A DNA stretch of 32,000 nucleotides from Vibrio vulnificus CMCP6 (GCF_000039765.1 NC_004460.2:750001-782000); one strand, 5' to 3'. Numbered from the stretch's first letter, positions 17,551 through 28,484 are shown. The notes: generated by a model not told the origin, from the letters alone. Numbers and translations: made by a program.

Positions 17551-18102
17551 ATGAAAAAACTCTCTTTAATCACTCTTGCATTAGTGACTACGCTTCCTGC
17601 TGCGGCATACGCAAAAGGGGAAATGGGCTCCATGTACACCAACGTGGGAGCAACAATGGTAAGCAATGGCAACGAAGAAGAACTCGCTTACTTTTTCCAA
17701 GTCGGCTACAACCACCGCATTACCGATTTTCTTTCCGCTGACGTGAGTTATAAAAAGGTAGAAACGGTAAACAGCAGTGTGGCGGCCAACTCGAAAGATT
17801 TTGTACAAACCTATAACGCGTATGGTGTGGGCTTGAGGGTCGATCAACACCTTGGCGCGCTCAGTATCTACGGAAAAGCTGGGGCAAGTTACATTGAGTC
17901 AGAGTTGACGAAGTGGGACACGGTGACGTCTGCGGAAAAAACCACCACGGATGACAGCTTTAAACCTTATGCAAGTGCAGGCGTGAGCTTAGCCTCTCCG
18001 TTTGATCAACGTTTAACGCTAGATGCCGCTGTCACTTATCAGATGCTGCCGAATGATGAGCACGCTACCTCAGTGAGTGCTGGCGTGAAGTTCTCGTTCT
18101 AA
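17551..18102 (+). CDS. Small outer-membrane beta-barrel protein
   Basis: Signal peptide MKKLSLITLALVTTLPAAAYA; alternating amphipathic strands; C-terminal VSAGVKFSF barrel terminus. Confidence 0.8.
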   Translation: MKKLSLITLALVTTLPAAAYAKGEMGSMYTNVGATMVSNGNEEELAYFFQVGYNHRITDFLSADVSYKKVETVNSSVAANSKDFVQTYNAYGVGLRVDQHLGALSIYGKAGASYIESELTKWDTVTSAEKTTTDDSFKPYASAGVSLASPFDQRLTLDAAVTYQMLPNDEHATSVSAGVKFSF

Positions 18103-18146
18103 GCGGTTCCGGTCCAAGCGGCAGAACTTTCTGCCTGTTCAATGTG

Positions 18147-18173
18147 CTCAAACCGCCATCGTGGTGGTTTGAG
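18147..18173 (+). terminator. Strong hairpin downstream of outer-membrane protein gene
   Basis: CTCAAACCGCCA-tcg-TGGTGGTTTGAG perfect 12-bp stem; T-rich but not poly-T tail. Confidence 0.55.
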
Positions 18174-18296
18174 TCTATATTCATTTGTCTCTGCCTCACC
18201 TTAACGCTGAGGCAAATGGGGTGAACTCGATACTGGACAAACTCGGTGAAAGATAAGTTGCCAAAATGCAAGTCGTCACAATGTTGCGGGATAGGT

Positions 18297-19793
18297 TCAA
18301 TCAGCGTTCAGCAACTGACGAATTTTGTCGAACAAATCGGAGGCCAGTAAACCTATCTCCCCTTTTTCCGTCGCGCAAATATCCGCCGCACAACTGTGTA
18401 AAAGCACGCCTAGCGATGCGGCTCTCAATAATGGCAGCTTCTGTGCCAATAACGCACCGATCACTCCGGAAAGCACATCGCCCATTCCCCCCGTAGCCAT
18501 GCCAGGGTTGCCAGCGCTACACGCGAAAGTCTGTGTACCATCACAAATAAGAGTGCCAGCCCCCTTAAGGACCACCACTCCTCCGTATTGGCTTTGCAAT
18601 ACTGAAATCGCGGCAAATCGATCGGCTTCGACTTCATTAACGCTACAGCCGAGCAACCTTGCGGCTTCTCCCGGATGCGGGGTAATAATGCGCCGATCAT
18701 TGTGGTTTGGGTAGCGCGCAAGCCAGTTCAAAGCATCGGCATCTAACACCATTGGCCCTTGGAAATTGGCAATGTCGTTCCAACGTTTTTTTGCCCATTC
18801 ATCGGTTCCTAAACCCGGCCCCACCACGAGTACATCGGCCCAATCGAGTTTCTTTTCGAGCTCTCTCTTGTCTTCGTTATAGCCCAGCGTCATCACTTCA
18901 GGGCAATGAATTTGCAGCGGCAAGGCGGATTCTGGATGCGTCAGCGCGGCCACCAAACCTGCGCCACTGCGCGCGCAAGCGGTTGCCGCTAATGAGATTG
19001 CCCCAGACATGCCGCGGTTACCCCCGAGCAACACAACACGTCCATGGTCGCCTTTATGAGCGCAGCGGTCTCTGGTAAGTCGCCATTGAGCAATCTCATC
19101 ACGCTCAATCGTCATCTTGAAACTCGGGACTAATTTGGAAAATTCAGCACCGACGCCAAGGTCAGCAAAATGTATCGCACCACAAAACGCTCTCGCTTTT
19201 CCCGTGACGAGCCCTTGTTTGGTGCCAATGAAGGTGACGGTGTGATCGGCATGAATAGCGTCAGGAAGCGCTTGGCCAGTATCAGCACAAAGTCCGGACG
19301 GAATATCCACTGACACAATCGGTTTTCCCGCGAGGTTGACCGTGTCTATGACCTTGGCCATCTTTTCACGAACAGCGCCTGCTAGGCCTGTACCCAGCAG
19401 AGCATCCACCACCAAATCGCAGTCCGAAAGTGCCGCGTTGAGGCTGGCGGTGTCAGATATTTCTCCTCCAGCGTCTCGCCACGCTTGCTGCGCTTGTTTG
19501 GCATCTCCGCTTAGACTCTCTGCATTGCCACTTTGAATAAGTACCACATGCAAACCTTGCTGACGAGCTAATCGCGCAACCACATAGCCATCACCGCCAT
19601 TGTTTCCCTTGCCACACACCACACATAAGCGTGATACCGCAGGGTAATAGTTAAGGATCACAGCAAATGTAGCGCGCCCTGCTCTTTCCATCAGCTCATA
19701 GAGTGTCACGCCCGCATTGGCGGCAGCGCCCACTTCCCCTTCTCTTACTTGCTTTGCGGTATACAGTGCTTTGCGTAAATCCATGGCAGACAC
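18297..19793 (-). CDS. nnr: Bifunctional NAD(P)HX epimerase / ADP-dependent dehydratase (YjeF family)
   Basis: N-terminal epimerase GKGNNGGDGYVVARLA; C-terminal kinase-like MSGAISLAATACARSGAG, PGLGTDEW, TPHPGEAARLLG, GNPGMATGGMGDVLSG. Confidence 0.95.
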   Translation of the reverse strand: MSAMDLRKALYTAKQVREGEVGAAANAGVTLYELMERAGRATFAVILNYYPAVSRLCVVCGKGNNGGDGYVVARLARQQGLHVVLIQSGNAESLSGDAKQAQQAWRDAGGEISDTASLNAALSDCDLVVDALLGTGLAGAVREKMAKVIDTVNLAGKPIVSVDIPSGLCADTGQALPDAIHADHTVTFIGTKQGLVTGKARAFCGAIHFADLGVGAEFSKLVPSFKMTIERDEIAQWRLTRDRCAHKGDHGRVVLLGGNRGMSGAISLAATACARSGAGLVAALTHPESALPLQIHCPEVMTLGYNEDKRELEKKLDWADVLVVGPGLGTDEWAKKRWNDIANFQGPMVLDADALNWLARYPNHNDRRIITPHPGEAARLLGCSVNEVEADRFAAISVLQSQYGGVVVLKGAGTLICDGTQTFACSAGNPGMATGGMGDVLSGVIGALLAQKLPLLRAASLGVLLHSCAADICATEKGEIGLLASDLFDKIRQLLNAD

Positions 19794-19895
19794 CTTATTT
19801 TTCGCGTTACTGAAATCTCTACGATGACTATAGACGAAAAAGCCAAGGAAAACCTTGGCTTAAAAGAGAGTTTGCACAAATTGCTCGACAAAATG

Positions 19896-20336
19896 CTATT
19901 GATGTTGCTGCGCCATGATCGCTTCTGCGGTGGCATCTTGTATGGAGAGAAACAGTGATTTCACTTGCCCCGTGGGTGTGCGCATCGGGTTGAGAGTCAC
20001 GTTTTGGTACATGAACTCCGCTTGCTGTGTCACTGGGCGTACGTTGCGGCAGCGGAACAAATACGGGCGCTGACGCCAGGTGATAAAGCTACGACAGCCC
20101 AAGTTGTACACAGGCTTGGTTTTTAATTTGAACCATTCTTGGGGGATCTCTGGAAAGAGTTCAAAGATCGATTTGCCAATGGCGTCGTGCGCTTGTTTGC
20201 CACTGTGGTGCGTCATAAATCCATTCCACACTTGCACATTGTAATCGGTATCCAACACGATCAAACCCATGTCGACGTTTTGCACCATGTCCACCATCCA
20301 GTGGAACTGTTCAAATTCTGCAGGAAGATTAAGCAT
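19896..20336 (-). CDS. PAS-domain protein
   Basis: QNVDMGLIVLDTDYNVQVWNGFMTHHSGKQAHDAIGKSIFELFPE classic PAS pattern. Confidence 0.85.
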   Translation of the reverse strand: MLNLPAEFEQFHWMVDMVQNVDMGLIVLDTDYNVQVWNGFMTHHSGKQAHDAIGKSIFELFPEIPQEWFKLKTKPVYNLGCRSFITWRQRPYLFRCRNVRPVTQQAEFMYQNVTLNPMRTPTGQVKSLFLSIQDATAEAIMAQQHQ

Positions 20337-21340
20337 TAGAAGTCCTCCATCAGATAAGCGAGTTTGTTGTCTAACAACGGCAGTGACTCATCAACGAACA
20401 TAAACAGCAAGTCACAACGAATCGACGTATTTTCAATGGTATAACTCACTTCAAACGTCATGGTTTTAGTAAATGAGCCGGTAGTATTTTCAATCACAGA
20501 ATCAATTGATATGTGCTGACCTAACAAGACAGGAGAGCTTTGGAAAAAACGCACTTCCGCTTGCTGCCCTAAGCCATTCAGGAAGGAGCCAACTAAGATA
20601 TTGGAAACGTCCATAAGAAGCTCGAGCTCTTCCAGTTCTTCGCTGTCTGCCGGTACTTTCATCAGTTTTTTCAGGTCGGCAACACTGGAATCGCTGAGCA
20701 AGACGAGTGCCTCTCCCGCAATCCCTTCACCACTGAAACCTTGGCATACGCCGGAAACGTTGTCACTTTCCGCCAAATCGCGCAGCGCCATGTGCAGCTC
20801 GCTGAGCTCAAAGATATTCACGTTCGGTAGCGGCAAGTTTACAAACACATCAAAGTGCCTTGCCAACGCATCTGCAGCGCGACCAATGGAAACGTTCGCC
20901 ACTTCCATGTAGATGTCACGGCGACGTAAAATCGGCAATTCGATGGTTCTTGGCGTGACAACTTGCGGCACCGATGCTGGCTCCACCAACTCTTTGAGTG
21001 TCGCTTTCAGTTCATCTTGGCCGATCGGCTTTTGAATAAATGCCTTAGCTCCCAGTGCGAAAACGCGTTCTTTCGCTTTGGGTTGGATATCGCCGGAGAC
21101 AACGATAACGGGCGTATTGTCACCACGGTTTCGCATTTCTTCTAATGTTCCAAAGCCATCCAGCTCTGGCATGGTGAGATCAAGGAACATTAATTTAAAT
21201 TGTTTTTGGCTCAGTTCTTCTAATGCGTTAAGACCATGCACTGCGAATGTAATATCCGCATTCAAAGAAGCAGGTAGTGAGCGAGCCATTTGCTTTCGAG
21301 CAAGCGCTGAGTCATCACAGATGAGTACAGGAAAAGACAT
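20336..21340 (-). CDS. Response-regulator receiver fused to CheX/CheC-like phosphatase domain
   Basis: CDDSALARKQMARSL, MFLDLTMPELDGFGTLEEMR, VVSGD, FIQKPI receiver; C-terminal ELHMALRDLAE...EELELLMDVSNILVGSFLNGLGQQ CheX/CheC-like; 1-nt overlap with PAS gene. Confidence 0.8.
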   Translation of the reverse strand: MSFPVLICDDSALARKQMARSLPASLNADITFAVHGLNALEELSQKQFKLMFLDLTMPELDGFGTLEEMRNRGDNTPVIVVSGDIQPKAKERVFALGAKAFIQKPIGQDELKATLKELVEPASVPQVVTPRTIELPILRRRDIYMEVANVSIGRAADALARHFDVFVNLPLPNVNIFELSELHMALRDLAESDNVSGVCQGFSGEGIAGEALVLLSDSSVADLKKLMKVPADSEELEELELLMDVSNILVGSFLNGLGQQAEVRFFQSSPVLLGQHISIDSVIENTTGSFTKTMTFEVSYTIENTSIRCDLLFMFVDESLPLLDNKLAYLMEDF

Positions 21341-21582
21341 TCAACCACCCTTTTGACAGGTATTCCACTGCAACAAGTTTAACAGATAGATACTAAATGA
21401 CGTACGGAAACTGACGTATTTATTATTGTTGTTCGCTATAAGTATGAACGTTATTTAACGAGAATACGAAATAACTTCTAGGGTGGGAACGATTTTCTAT
21501 GGCCTCGGTAACAAAAATCTTTTAAATAAGAATTAGTTAAGGAAAAGCGTTTAACTTTTGTTCGTTTTCCATACAAAAAGAG

Positions 21583-21609
21583 AAAGCGCCCAACGAATTA
21601 GGCGCTTTT
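21583..21609 (-). terminator. Rho-independent terminator
   Basis: AAAGCGCC...GGCGCTTT stem between the converging end of the 21623 ORF and upstream sequence of the CheX-like gene. Confidence 0.65.
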
Positions 21610-21622
21610 GATTGAGAATGTA

Positions 21623-21868
21623 TTAAAGAGTGTAGACAGGGAAAATGATCATTAGGCCAAAACGCATTACCACTGCAAACAGACACAAACCAATGCCAAG
21701 GCGATACCATTTAAACTCACTGATCGACATCGGAATGCGTTTGTAGAACATCGTTGCAATTCCTCGCCAATCTTGGCTGCGTTTTCCATACTGAATAACG
21801 CCTGTTAGCACGAAAAGTATGCCTAGCAACAGTATGGCTTTTTCAAGCATGTATAAACCCGCTTCCAT
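21623..21868 (-). CDS. Small two-helix membrane protein, unknown function
   Basis: 81 aa with two hydrophobic segments (ILLLGILFVLTGVIQYG; LGIGLCLFAVVMRFGLMIIF), downstream terminator. Confidence 0.6.
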   Translation of the reverse strand: MEAGLYMLEKAILLLGILFVLTGVIQYGKRSQDWRGIATMFYKRIPMSISEFKWYRLGIGLCLFAVVMRFGLMIIFPVYTL

Positions 21869-22013
21869 GTGATCCCTCTCATCTACCGCTATTGTTACTG
21901 CTTGGTATCATAGTAGCGGTATGAGGCAAAGAGATCTCTTGGACTTAAGTCTTAGTTAACCTGATTAGCAAGATGAAGCCCAATAAACGTCAACATCGAC
22001 CAAGCATGTTGCG

Positions 22014-22646
22014 TTACTTTAGTTCACCATAGCGTTCAAGAAACAGCACTGTCGCCGCGGTGCGCGAAGGCACTTTGAGTTTTTTCAACAAGCTCTTCAT
22101 GTGCACTTTGACCGTCGATTCAGAGATAAACAATCGGTCTGCGATCTGCTTGTTGCGAAAACCACGCGCCACTTCTTGTAGAATTTGGCGCTCACGCTCG
22201 GTCAGTTCATCAAAGACATCGGTGTTCTCTTCACGCTGCAGCAAATATTTCGCGACAACGCTGCTGTAGGCTTTGTCGCCCAAGTGCGCTTTCTCAAGCA
22301 ACTCTACCAGCTCATCGGGCTCAGTATCTTTCAGAAGGTAGCCATCCGCGCCTGCTTTTACGATGGCTTCGATGTCAGCGGGGCTATCTGATACGGTTAA
22401 GATAACGATACTGGCTTCACAGCCATCAGCTCGCAATGCTTTTAAGGTATCCAAACCAGACATACCTTTCATGTTGAGATCCAACAAGATGAGGTCTAAT
22501 TCGTTTTCATGCGCTTTAGCAACGGCCTCAGTGCCATTACTGGCTTCTGCGACCACTTCAAATTGCTCTTCAAAGCTTAATAGTTGGTTAATACCACGAC
22601 GCATCAAGGGATGATCGTCCACCAACATTACTCTACACACCGTCAA
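22014..22646 (-). CDS. narP: Nitrate/nitrite response regulator NarP
   Basis: NarL/FixJ family: VDDHPLMRRGI, LDLNMKGMSGLDTLKAL, LxERERQILQEVARGFRNKQIADRLFISESTVKVHMKSLLKKL; overlaps narQ and near nap operon. Confidence 0.93.
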   Translation of the reverse strand: MTVCRVMLVDDHPLMRRGINQLLSFEEQFEVVAEASNGTEAVAKAHENELDLILLDLNMKGMSGLDTLKALRADGCEASIVILTVSDSPADIEAIVKAGADGYLLKDTEPDELVELLEKAHLGDKAYSSVVAKYLLQREENTDVFDELTERERQILQEVARGFRNKQIADRLFISESTVKVHMKSLLKKLKVPSRTAATVLFLERYGELK

Positions 22647-24358
22647 ATTCGTGTTTCCTTAATACGTTGATATTTTAACACTACAGCACAACCATTCTGT
22701 GGCGATGCGGTGACCGATAACGATCCGTTCAAACGCGCTGCTCGCTCTTGCATGATGGACATTCCGTAGTGATTCAATTTCTGGTTACACTGATCAAACC
22801 CTACCCCATCATCACTCACGGATACCGTGACCCACTCCCCTTCTTCACAACATTCGATCCGAATGTTGGCAGCTTTAGAGTGTTTAATGGCGTTGATGGT
22901 GGCTTCACGAATCAGTTGCAACAAATGCACTTGTTGGTGAGCGTCCAGTTCCACCGACGAAAGATCATTGGTTAAATGAATCTCCGCTTCCGTTTGATCC
23001 CCTAGTTGCACCACCATTTCTTGTAGCGCTTGACCAAAGGTGCCTTCTTTAATCGTGAGTCGGAAAGTCGTCAGCAGTTCGCGTAATTGGGTATATGCCG
23101 ACGACAGTCCAGTATCTAATTCTGCAATCACTTGATTGGTGCGCGCTAGTTGAGGCTCATCGTTCAACTTCGCGACACTGCGTTTGAGCAATGATACCTG
23201 AATCTTGAGGTAAGAAAGAGATTGTGCCAACGAATCATGTAACTCACGCGCAATCGTCGCTCGTTCTTCCATCAAAAGTAGTTGTTCCGCTTGTCTTTGC
23301 GCCTGATTGTAGTAGACCGCACGCGATAGAATTTGCACGAAGTTGTCGATCAACGCTTGATCTGGGCACGGCAAACCGCTGCACCAATGCAAATACCCTA
23401 GGTGTTGCCCATCGAGCGTTAACGCTTTTTGATTACAACGCCCGACGCATTTAGGGCCTTCAGTGAGCACCAAGTTACGCTCGCCGATCTCTTCAATCTC
23501 TAATTTGGCGGACACAATGCCTTCGATACTCACAATGTGTCTCAAAATCGCTTGGAAGTTCTCTTGGCTGATGCGTGACGCCGTCAGCTCTTGAGAGGAA
23601 TGATACAGCACCTGAAGAGACTGATTGGCGTGTTGCAGCTTGTGCGTCTTCTCATTCACCGCTTGTTCCAAACCTCGGTAGAGTTTACCCAGGTCAGCCG
23701 CCATATTGTTGAAGGTTCTGGTGAGGATACCCATTTCATTATCACTGGTGACATTGAGGGAAACATCAAACGAGCGCGATTGAATTTGCTCACTGGCGGT
23801 GACCATCGCCTTGAGTGGCGTAACCACTTCACGACGCACAAAGTGAACAACAAAAATGCTCACCAATAAAATCCCACCCAAGCCTAAACCACCGACCCAA
23901 GCGAGCTTGATCAGCTTTTGCTCGGAAAAATGTTGCAGCTTAAAAACAAAAGCGTCAATTTGTGAAACAAAGCCAGCGACCAAAACCAAGTAGCGTTCTC
24001 TATCTTTACTTTGCAGCACTTCTTTTAATTCGTGCCAACGCATGATCAAACGATAGTAGTCGTGGGTAATGTCATCAGGCACTGTCCAATTTTGCAGTGC
24101 TTTCATGGAAGGCGAGTATATCGAACGCTCAAACAAATAGATGTGAGAGGAATAATCCTGCGCATTGATTTGAATATCATGGGCTAAACGGTAGCTTTGC
24201 ATGCGCATCGAGCCTGCCACGTTGACTGCCTCGGCATCATTCAAGCTAGAAGCTAGGTTGATAATTGCAAAACTGGTCGTTGCAATAGATAACAGCAAGA
24301 TCAAGCCCATTGCCTTCGCAATCGTGCTTGTTACTGACTTTTTCACCGTTTTTAGCAA
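22643..24358 (-). CDS. narQ: Nitrate/nitrite sensor histidine kinase NarQ
   Basis: P-box region NLASSLNDAEAVNVAGSMRMQSYRLA; HAMP; cysteine cluster; HisKA_3 type ERATIARELHDSLAQSLSYLKIQ; ATPase C-terminus. Confidence 0.95.
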   Translation of the reverse strand: MLKTVKKSVTSTIAKAMGLILLLSIATTSFAIINLASSLNDAEAVNVAGSMRMQSYRLAHDIQINAQDYSSHIYLFERSIYSPSMKALQNWTVPDDITHDYYRLIMRWHELKEVLQSKDRERYLVLVAGFVSQIDAFVFKLQHFSEQKLIKLAWVGGLGLGGILLVSIFVVHFVRREVVTPLKAMVTASEQIQSRSFDVSLNVTSDNEMGILTRTFNNMAADLGKLYRGLEQAVNEKTHKLQHANQSLQVLYHSSQELTASRISQENFQAILRHIVSIEGIVSAKLEIEEIGERNLVLTEGPKCVGRCNQKALTLDGQHLGYLHWCSGLPCPDQALIDNFVQILSRAVYYNQAQRQAEQLLLMEERATIARELHDSLAQSLSYLKIQVSLLKRSVAKLNDEPQLARTNQVIAELDTGLSSAYTQLRELLTTFRLTIKEGTFGQALQEMVVQLGDQTEAEIHLTNDLSSVELDAHQQVHLLQLIREATINAIKHSKAANIRIECCEEGEWVTVSVSDDGVGFDQCNQKLNHYGMSIMQERAARLNGSLSVTASPQNGCAVVLKYQRIKETRI

Positions 24359-24455
24359 TTTATAACCTCTTCACTAACAAAACGGCAGCGAAGCCTCTCC
24401 GTTTCACGTTTTTCTGTTAACAATATCAATATGTGATCACTCTCGCCGGAATTTA

Positions 24456-24469
24456 TTGATCTAAAACAA
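24456..24469 (+). promoter_or_regulatory. Candidate FNR site upstream of napF
   Basis: TTGAT-CTAA-AACAA: 9/10 to TTGATNNNNATCAA. Confidence 0.6.
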
Positions 24470-24483
24470 CATTGCCTCTTAAT

Positions 24484-24499
24484 TACCCCCTAAGGGGTA
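24484..24499 (+). promoter_or_regulatory. Candidate NarP 7-2-7 site upstream of napF
   Basis: TACCCCC-TA-AGGGGTA inverted heptamers. Confidence 0.7.
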
Positions 24500-24608
24500 T
24501 TTATACAAATATGTCAAAAACTACAATTTATGTGCGCTTAAATGACAGTTTATTAATGAGAAATGTGAACTAACATTAAGTCATGTTTCTTAAACTCAGG
24601 ATAGTACA

Positions 24609-25091
24609 GTGGTAGACCTTTCAAGAAGACGATTATTTTCCAGAAAAAAAGTCGATGACGGCTTAATTCGTCTTCCCTGGTTGGCTGATCGCATGCAGTT
24701 TACCGATCAATGCACTCGATGTGGTAAATGCGTTGAGCAATGTGAAACTCAAATCATTGTTAAAGGCGACGGAGGCTTTCCTACCGTCGATTTCTCTATT
24801 GATGAATGTACGTTTTGTTACCGTTGCGCAGAAGTCTGTCCCGAGTCACTTTTTTTAGCGAAAGATGCGCAACCTTGGCAAGCAAAGGCAATAATAAATG
24901 AGTCCTGTTTGTCGTACCACAACGTGGAATGTCGCAGTTGTGGCGAGATGTGTGAACCCATGGCTATCCAATTCAAATTGGAAATCGGCAAGGTCGCACA
25001 ACCTCAGATAAACCTTGATGAATGTAGTGGATGTGGCGCTTGTGTTTCGGTTTGCCCTTCTTCATCCATCAATGTGAGCATAAACGAATAA
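24609..25091 (+). CDS. napF: NapF ferredoxin-type protein
   Basis: Four-Fe-four-S motifs CTRCGKCVEQC, CTFCYRCAEVCPES, CRSCGEMC, CSGCGACVSVCPSS. Confidence 0.95.
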   Translation: MVDLSRRRLFSRKKVDDGLIRLPWLADRMQFTDQCTRCGKCVEQCETQIIVKGDGGFPTVDFSIDECTFCYRCAEVCPESLFLAKDAQPWQAKAIINESCLSYHNVECRSCGEMCEPMAIQFKLEIGKVAQPQINLDECSGCGACVSVCPSSSINVSINE

Positions 25092-25111
25092 AAGAATAAT
25101 GAGAGAGAATT

Positions 25112-25417
25112 ATGGCACTAAATGAAGTGCATATTTCAAGTTTAGTGGTACACGTGGCCCCTGAGCACTTAGGCACGATAAAGACGCAGATCGAAACCAT
25201 CGAGAACGCGGAAATTTATGGTGATAGCCCAGAAGGCAAAATCGTCGTGGTTCTGGAAACCGAAAACCAAGGTTTCGTTACCGACACCATTGAAACCATC
25301 AACAATTTACCGAACGTTCTCAGCACGGTTCTGGTTTATCACCAAATTGAAACCGATCTGGATGACACGGACGAAGACACTGGAACACAACATTCCCAAA
25401 TCGAGGGTGAAGTATGA
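25112..25417 (+). CDS. napD: NapD chaperone
   Basis: [33 protein letters not shown]; position between napF and napA. Confidence 0.93.
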   Translation: MALNEVHISSLVVHVAPEHLGTIKTQIETIENAEIYGDSPEGKIVVVLETENQGFVTDTIETINNLPNVLSTVLVYHQIETDLDDTDEDTGTQHSQIEGEV

Positions 25418-27903
25418 AAATGACAAGACGTGCGTTTGTGAAAGCAAACGCAGCTGCATCAGCGGCGGCAGTAGCTGGCATTACGCTGCCTGCTTCAGCA
25501 GCAAACCTGATCGCAAGCTCAGACCAAACCAAAATCACATGGGACAAGGCTCCTTGTCGTTTCTGTGGTACAGGCTGTTCTGTACTCGTAGGTACTCAGA
25601 ACGGTAAAGTCGTTGCAACACAAGGTGACCCTGAAGCACCGGTAAACAAAGGCTTGAACTGTATCAAAGGTTACTTCCTATCGAAGATCATGTACGGTCA
25701 AGACCGTCTGACTCAGCCACTTTTACGTATGAAAGATGGCAAATACGACAAAGAAGGTGACTTCACGCCAGTGTCTTGGGATGTGGCATTCGACACCATG
25801 GCTGAGAAGTGGAAAGCTTCTCTGGCGAAGAAAGGCCCAACAAGCATCGGTATGTTTGGTTCTGGCCAGTGGACGGTAATGGAAGGTTACGCGGCGGCGA
25901 AAATGATGAAAGCGGGTTTCCGCTCGAACAACATCGACCCGAACGCGCGTCACTGTATGGCATCTGCGGTAGTTGGTTTTATGCGTACCTTCGGTATCGA
26001 TGAACCAATGGGTTGTTACGATGACTTCGAACACGCAGATTCTTTCGTGCTTTGGGGTTCAAACATGGCAGAAATGCACCCTGTTCTTTGGACTCGTATC
26101 ACTGACCGCCGACTAAGCCACCCGCATGTTAAAGTAAACGTACTTTCTACTTACTACCACCGTTCTTTTGAACTGGCTGACAGCGGTTACATTTTCAAGC
26201 CTCAATCTGATTTGGCGATCGCAAACTTCATCGCAAACTACATCATCCAAAACGATGCCGTAAATTGGGATTTCGTTAATAAACACACCAACTTCAAACA
26301 AGCGACTACCGATATCGGTTACGGCTTGCGTGACGATGATCCGCTGCAGAAACAAGCGAAAAACCCGAACTCGGGCAATATGACCTCCATTTCGTTTGAA
26401 GAGTACAAAAAATCGGTTGCACCATACACGGTTGAAAAAGCATCAGAGATGTCTGGCGTTGCGCAAGACAAACTGATTGAACTTGCAAAACAGTATGCGG
26501 ATCCGAACACCAAAGTGATGTCACTTTGGACAATGGGTATGAACCAACATACTCGTGGTGTGTGGATGAACAGCCTTGTTTACAACATCCACCTACTAAC
26601 CGGAAAAATTTCCACTCCGGGTAACAGCCCATTCTCGTTGACTGGTCAGCCATCAGCTTGTGGTACGGCTCGTGAAGTAGGTACATTTGCACACCGTCTG
26701 CCTGCAGACATGGTCGTTGCGAATCCGAAACACCGTGCGATTGCTGAGAAAATTTGGAAACTGCCTGAAGGCACTATTCCACCAAAACCAGGCTTCCACG
26801 CAGTTCTTCAAGACCGCATGCTGCACGATGGTGTACTGAACTGTTACTGGGTTCAGTGTAACAACAACATGCAAGCTGGCCCGAACATCAATGGTGAACG
26901 TCTACCAGGTTACCGTAACCCTGAAAACTTCATCGTCGTGTCTGACCCATACCCAACGGCGACAGCGCAAGCGGCTGACTTAATCCTTCCTACAGCAATG
27001 TGGATCGAAAAAGAAGGCGCTTACGGTAACGCAGAGCGTCGTACTCAAGCGTGGTACCAACAAGTTGGCACAGTCGGTGAAGCGAAGTCTGACTTGTGGC
27101 AAGTGATGGAGTTCTCTAAACGCTTCAAGATGGAAGAAGTGTGGCCAGAAGAGCTTCTAGCGAAAGCGCCTCAGTACCGTGGTAAAACCATGTACGACAT
27201 GCTGTTCGCTAACGGGCAAGTGGATAAGTTCCCATTGTCAGAAGCTCGCCAGCTTAACGATGATTCACACCACTTTGGCTTCTACGTACAGAAAGGTCTG
27301 TTCGAAGAGTATGCTGAGTTTGGCCGCGGCCATGGGCACGACCTAGCACCATACGATGTTTACCACACTGTTCGCGGTTTACGTTGGCCAGTGGTTGACG
27401 GCAAAGAAACACTTTGGCGTTACAAAGAAGGCTCGGATCCCTATGCGAAGAAAGGCTCTGGATGGGACTTCTACGGCAAACCTGATGGCAAAGCACTGAT
27501 CATCTCAGCCCCTTACGAGGCGCCACCTGAGTCTCCAGATGCTGAATACGACATGTGGCTATGTACTGGCCGTGTTCTTGAACACTGGCACACAGGCACC
27601 ATGACTCGTCGTGTTCCTGAGCTTTACAAAGCGGTTCCAGACGCGGTGTGTTACATCCACCCAGAAGATGCGAAAGCACGCGGTCTGCGCCGTGGTGACG
27701 AGGTTCTTATTTCGAACAAACGTGGTGAAGTACGTGTTCGTGTCGAAACTCGTGGCCGTAACCGTCCACCTCAAGGCTTGGTATTCGTACCATTCTTTGA
27801 TGCACGAATTCTGATTAACAAGTTGATCCTTGATGCGACTGACCCGCTGTCTAAACAGACAGACTTCAAGAAGTGTCCAGTTAAGATCACTAAAGTTGCT
27901 TAA
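25414..27903 (+). CDS. napA: Periplasmic nitrate reductase catalytic subunit
   Basis: Tat signal [13 protein letters not shown]; [17 protein letters not shown]; molybdopterin oxidoreductase motifs; C-terminal MTRRVPEL. Confidence 0.98.
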   Translation: MKMTRRAFVKANAAASAAAVAGITLPASAANLIASSDQTKITWDKAPCRFCGTGCSVLVGTQNGKVVATQGDPEAPVNKGLNCIKGYFLSKIMYGQDRLTQPLLRMKDGKYDKEGDFTPVSWDVAFDTMAEKWKASLAKKGPTSIGMFGSGQWTVMEGYAAAKMMKAGFRSNNIDPNARHCMASAVVGFMRTFGIDEPMGCYDDFEHADSFVLWGSNMAEMHPVLWTRITDRRLSHPHVKVNVLSTYYHRSFELADSGYIFKPQSDLAIANFIANYIIQNDAVNWDFVNKHTNFKQATTDIGYGLRDDDPLQKQAKNPNSGNMTSISFEEYKKSVAPYTVEKASEMSGVAQDKLIELAKQYADPNTKVMSLWTMGMNQHTRGVWMNSLVYNIHLLTGKISTPGNSPFSLTGQPSACGTAREVGTFAHRLPADMVVANPKHRAIAEKIWKLPEGTIPPKPGFHAVLQDRMLHDGVLNCYWVQCNNNMQAGPNINGERLPGYRNPENFIVVSDPYPTATAQAADLILPTAMWIEKEGAYGNAERRTQAWYQQVGTVGEAKSDLWQVMEFSKRFKMEEVWPEELLAKAPQYRGKTMYDMLFANGQVDKFPLSEARQLNDDSHHFGFYVQKGLFEEYAEFGRGHGHDLAPYDVYHTVRGLRWPVVDGKETLWRYKEGSDPYAKKGSGWDFYGKPDGKALIISAPYEAPPESPDAEYDMWLCTGRVLEHWHTGTMTRRVPELYKAVPDAVCYIHPEDAKARGLRRGDEVLISNKRGEVRVRVETRGRNRPPQGLVFVPFFDARILINKLILDATDPLSKQTDFKKCPVKITKVA

Positions 27904-27977
27904 CAGACCGAAATGCACAGGCTGCTCTTAGACTTAAGGGCAGCTTGAAAAGAATTAAGCCATCAGGCGGAGATTAC

Positions 27978-28454
27978 ATGATGAAAAAACTATTAATGGC
28001 ACTGTTATCTGTAAGTGCACTTTCATTGGGGACATTGGTAGCAGGTGTTGCACAAGCTGAGCTGGATAACCCAGGCGGCATCGGTGGTTTAGAATCACTA
28101 CGTGGCGCAACCAACCTTGAAGACACACGTCCTGCAGATGATTTTAAGAAGTTCCCTCGTGAACAAACGCTAGACAGTGATTACATCTATCAACCACCAT
28201 TGATTCCACACAATATTCGTGGCTACGAAGTAACACTCAACGCGAACAAATGTTTGGCGTGTCATAGCTGGAAAAACGCTAAAGAAATGGGCGCAACCAA
28301 AATCAGTGTGACTCACTTTGTAAACCGTGAAGACGCTGTATTGGCTGACGTATCACCTCGTCGTTACTTCTGTTTGCAGTGCCACGTTCCTCAAGCGAAT
28401 GCTAAACCGCTTGTAGAGAACGATTTCGAGCGCGTTGACTCACTGCGCAAGTAA
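27978..28454 (+). CDS. napB: Periplasmic nitrate reductase diheme cytochrome subunit
   Basis: Signal peptide; CLACH and CLQCH heme motifs; ORF track start 27945 is upstream of the likely MMKKLLM start. Confidence 0.95.
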   Translation: MMKKLLMALLSVSALSLGTLVAGVAQAELDNPGGIGGLESLRGATNLEDTRPADDFKKFPREQTLDSDYIYQPPLIPHNIRGYEVTLNANKCLACHSWKNAKEMGATKISVTHFVNREDAVLADVSPRRYFCLQCHVPQANAKPLVENDFERVDSLRK

Positions 28455-28484
28455 TAGCCAACAACAGAATCAAAGAGGCTATCT

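Noticed and set aside
25218-27918. Many antisense or out-of-frame ORFs within the nap genes (for example 25723..26034, 27559..27918).
   Set aside because: Low-complexity shadow translations of well-supported genes, with no motifs or credible ribosome sites.
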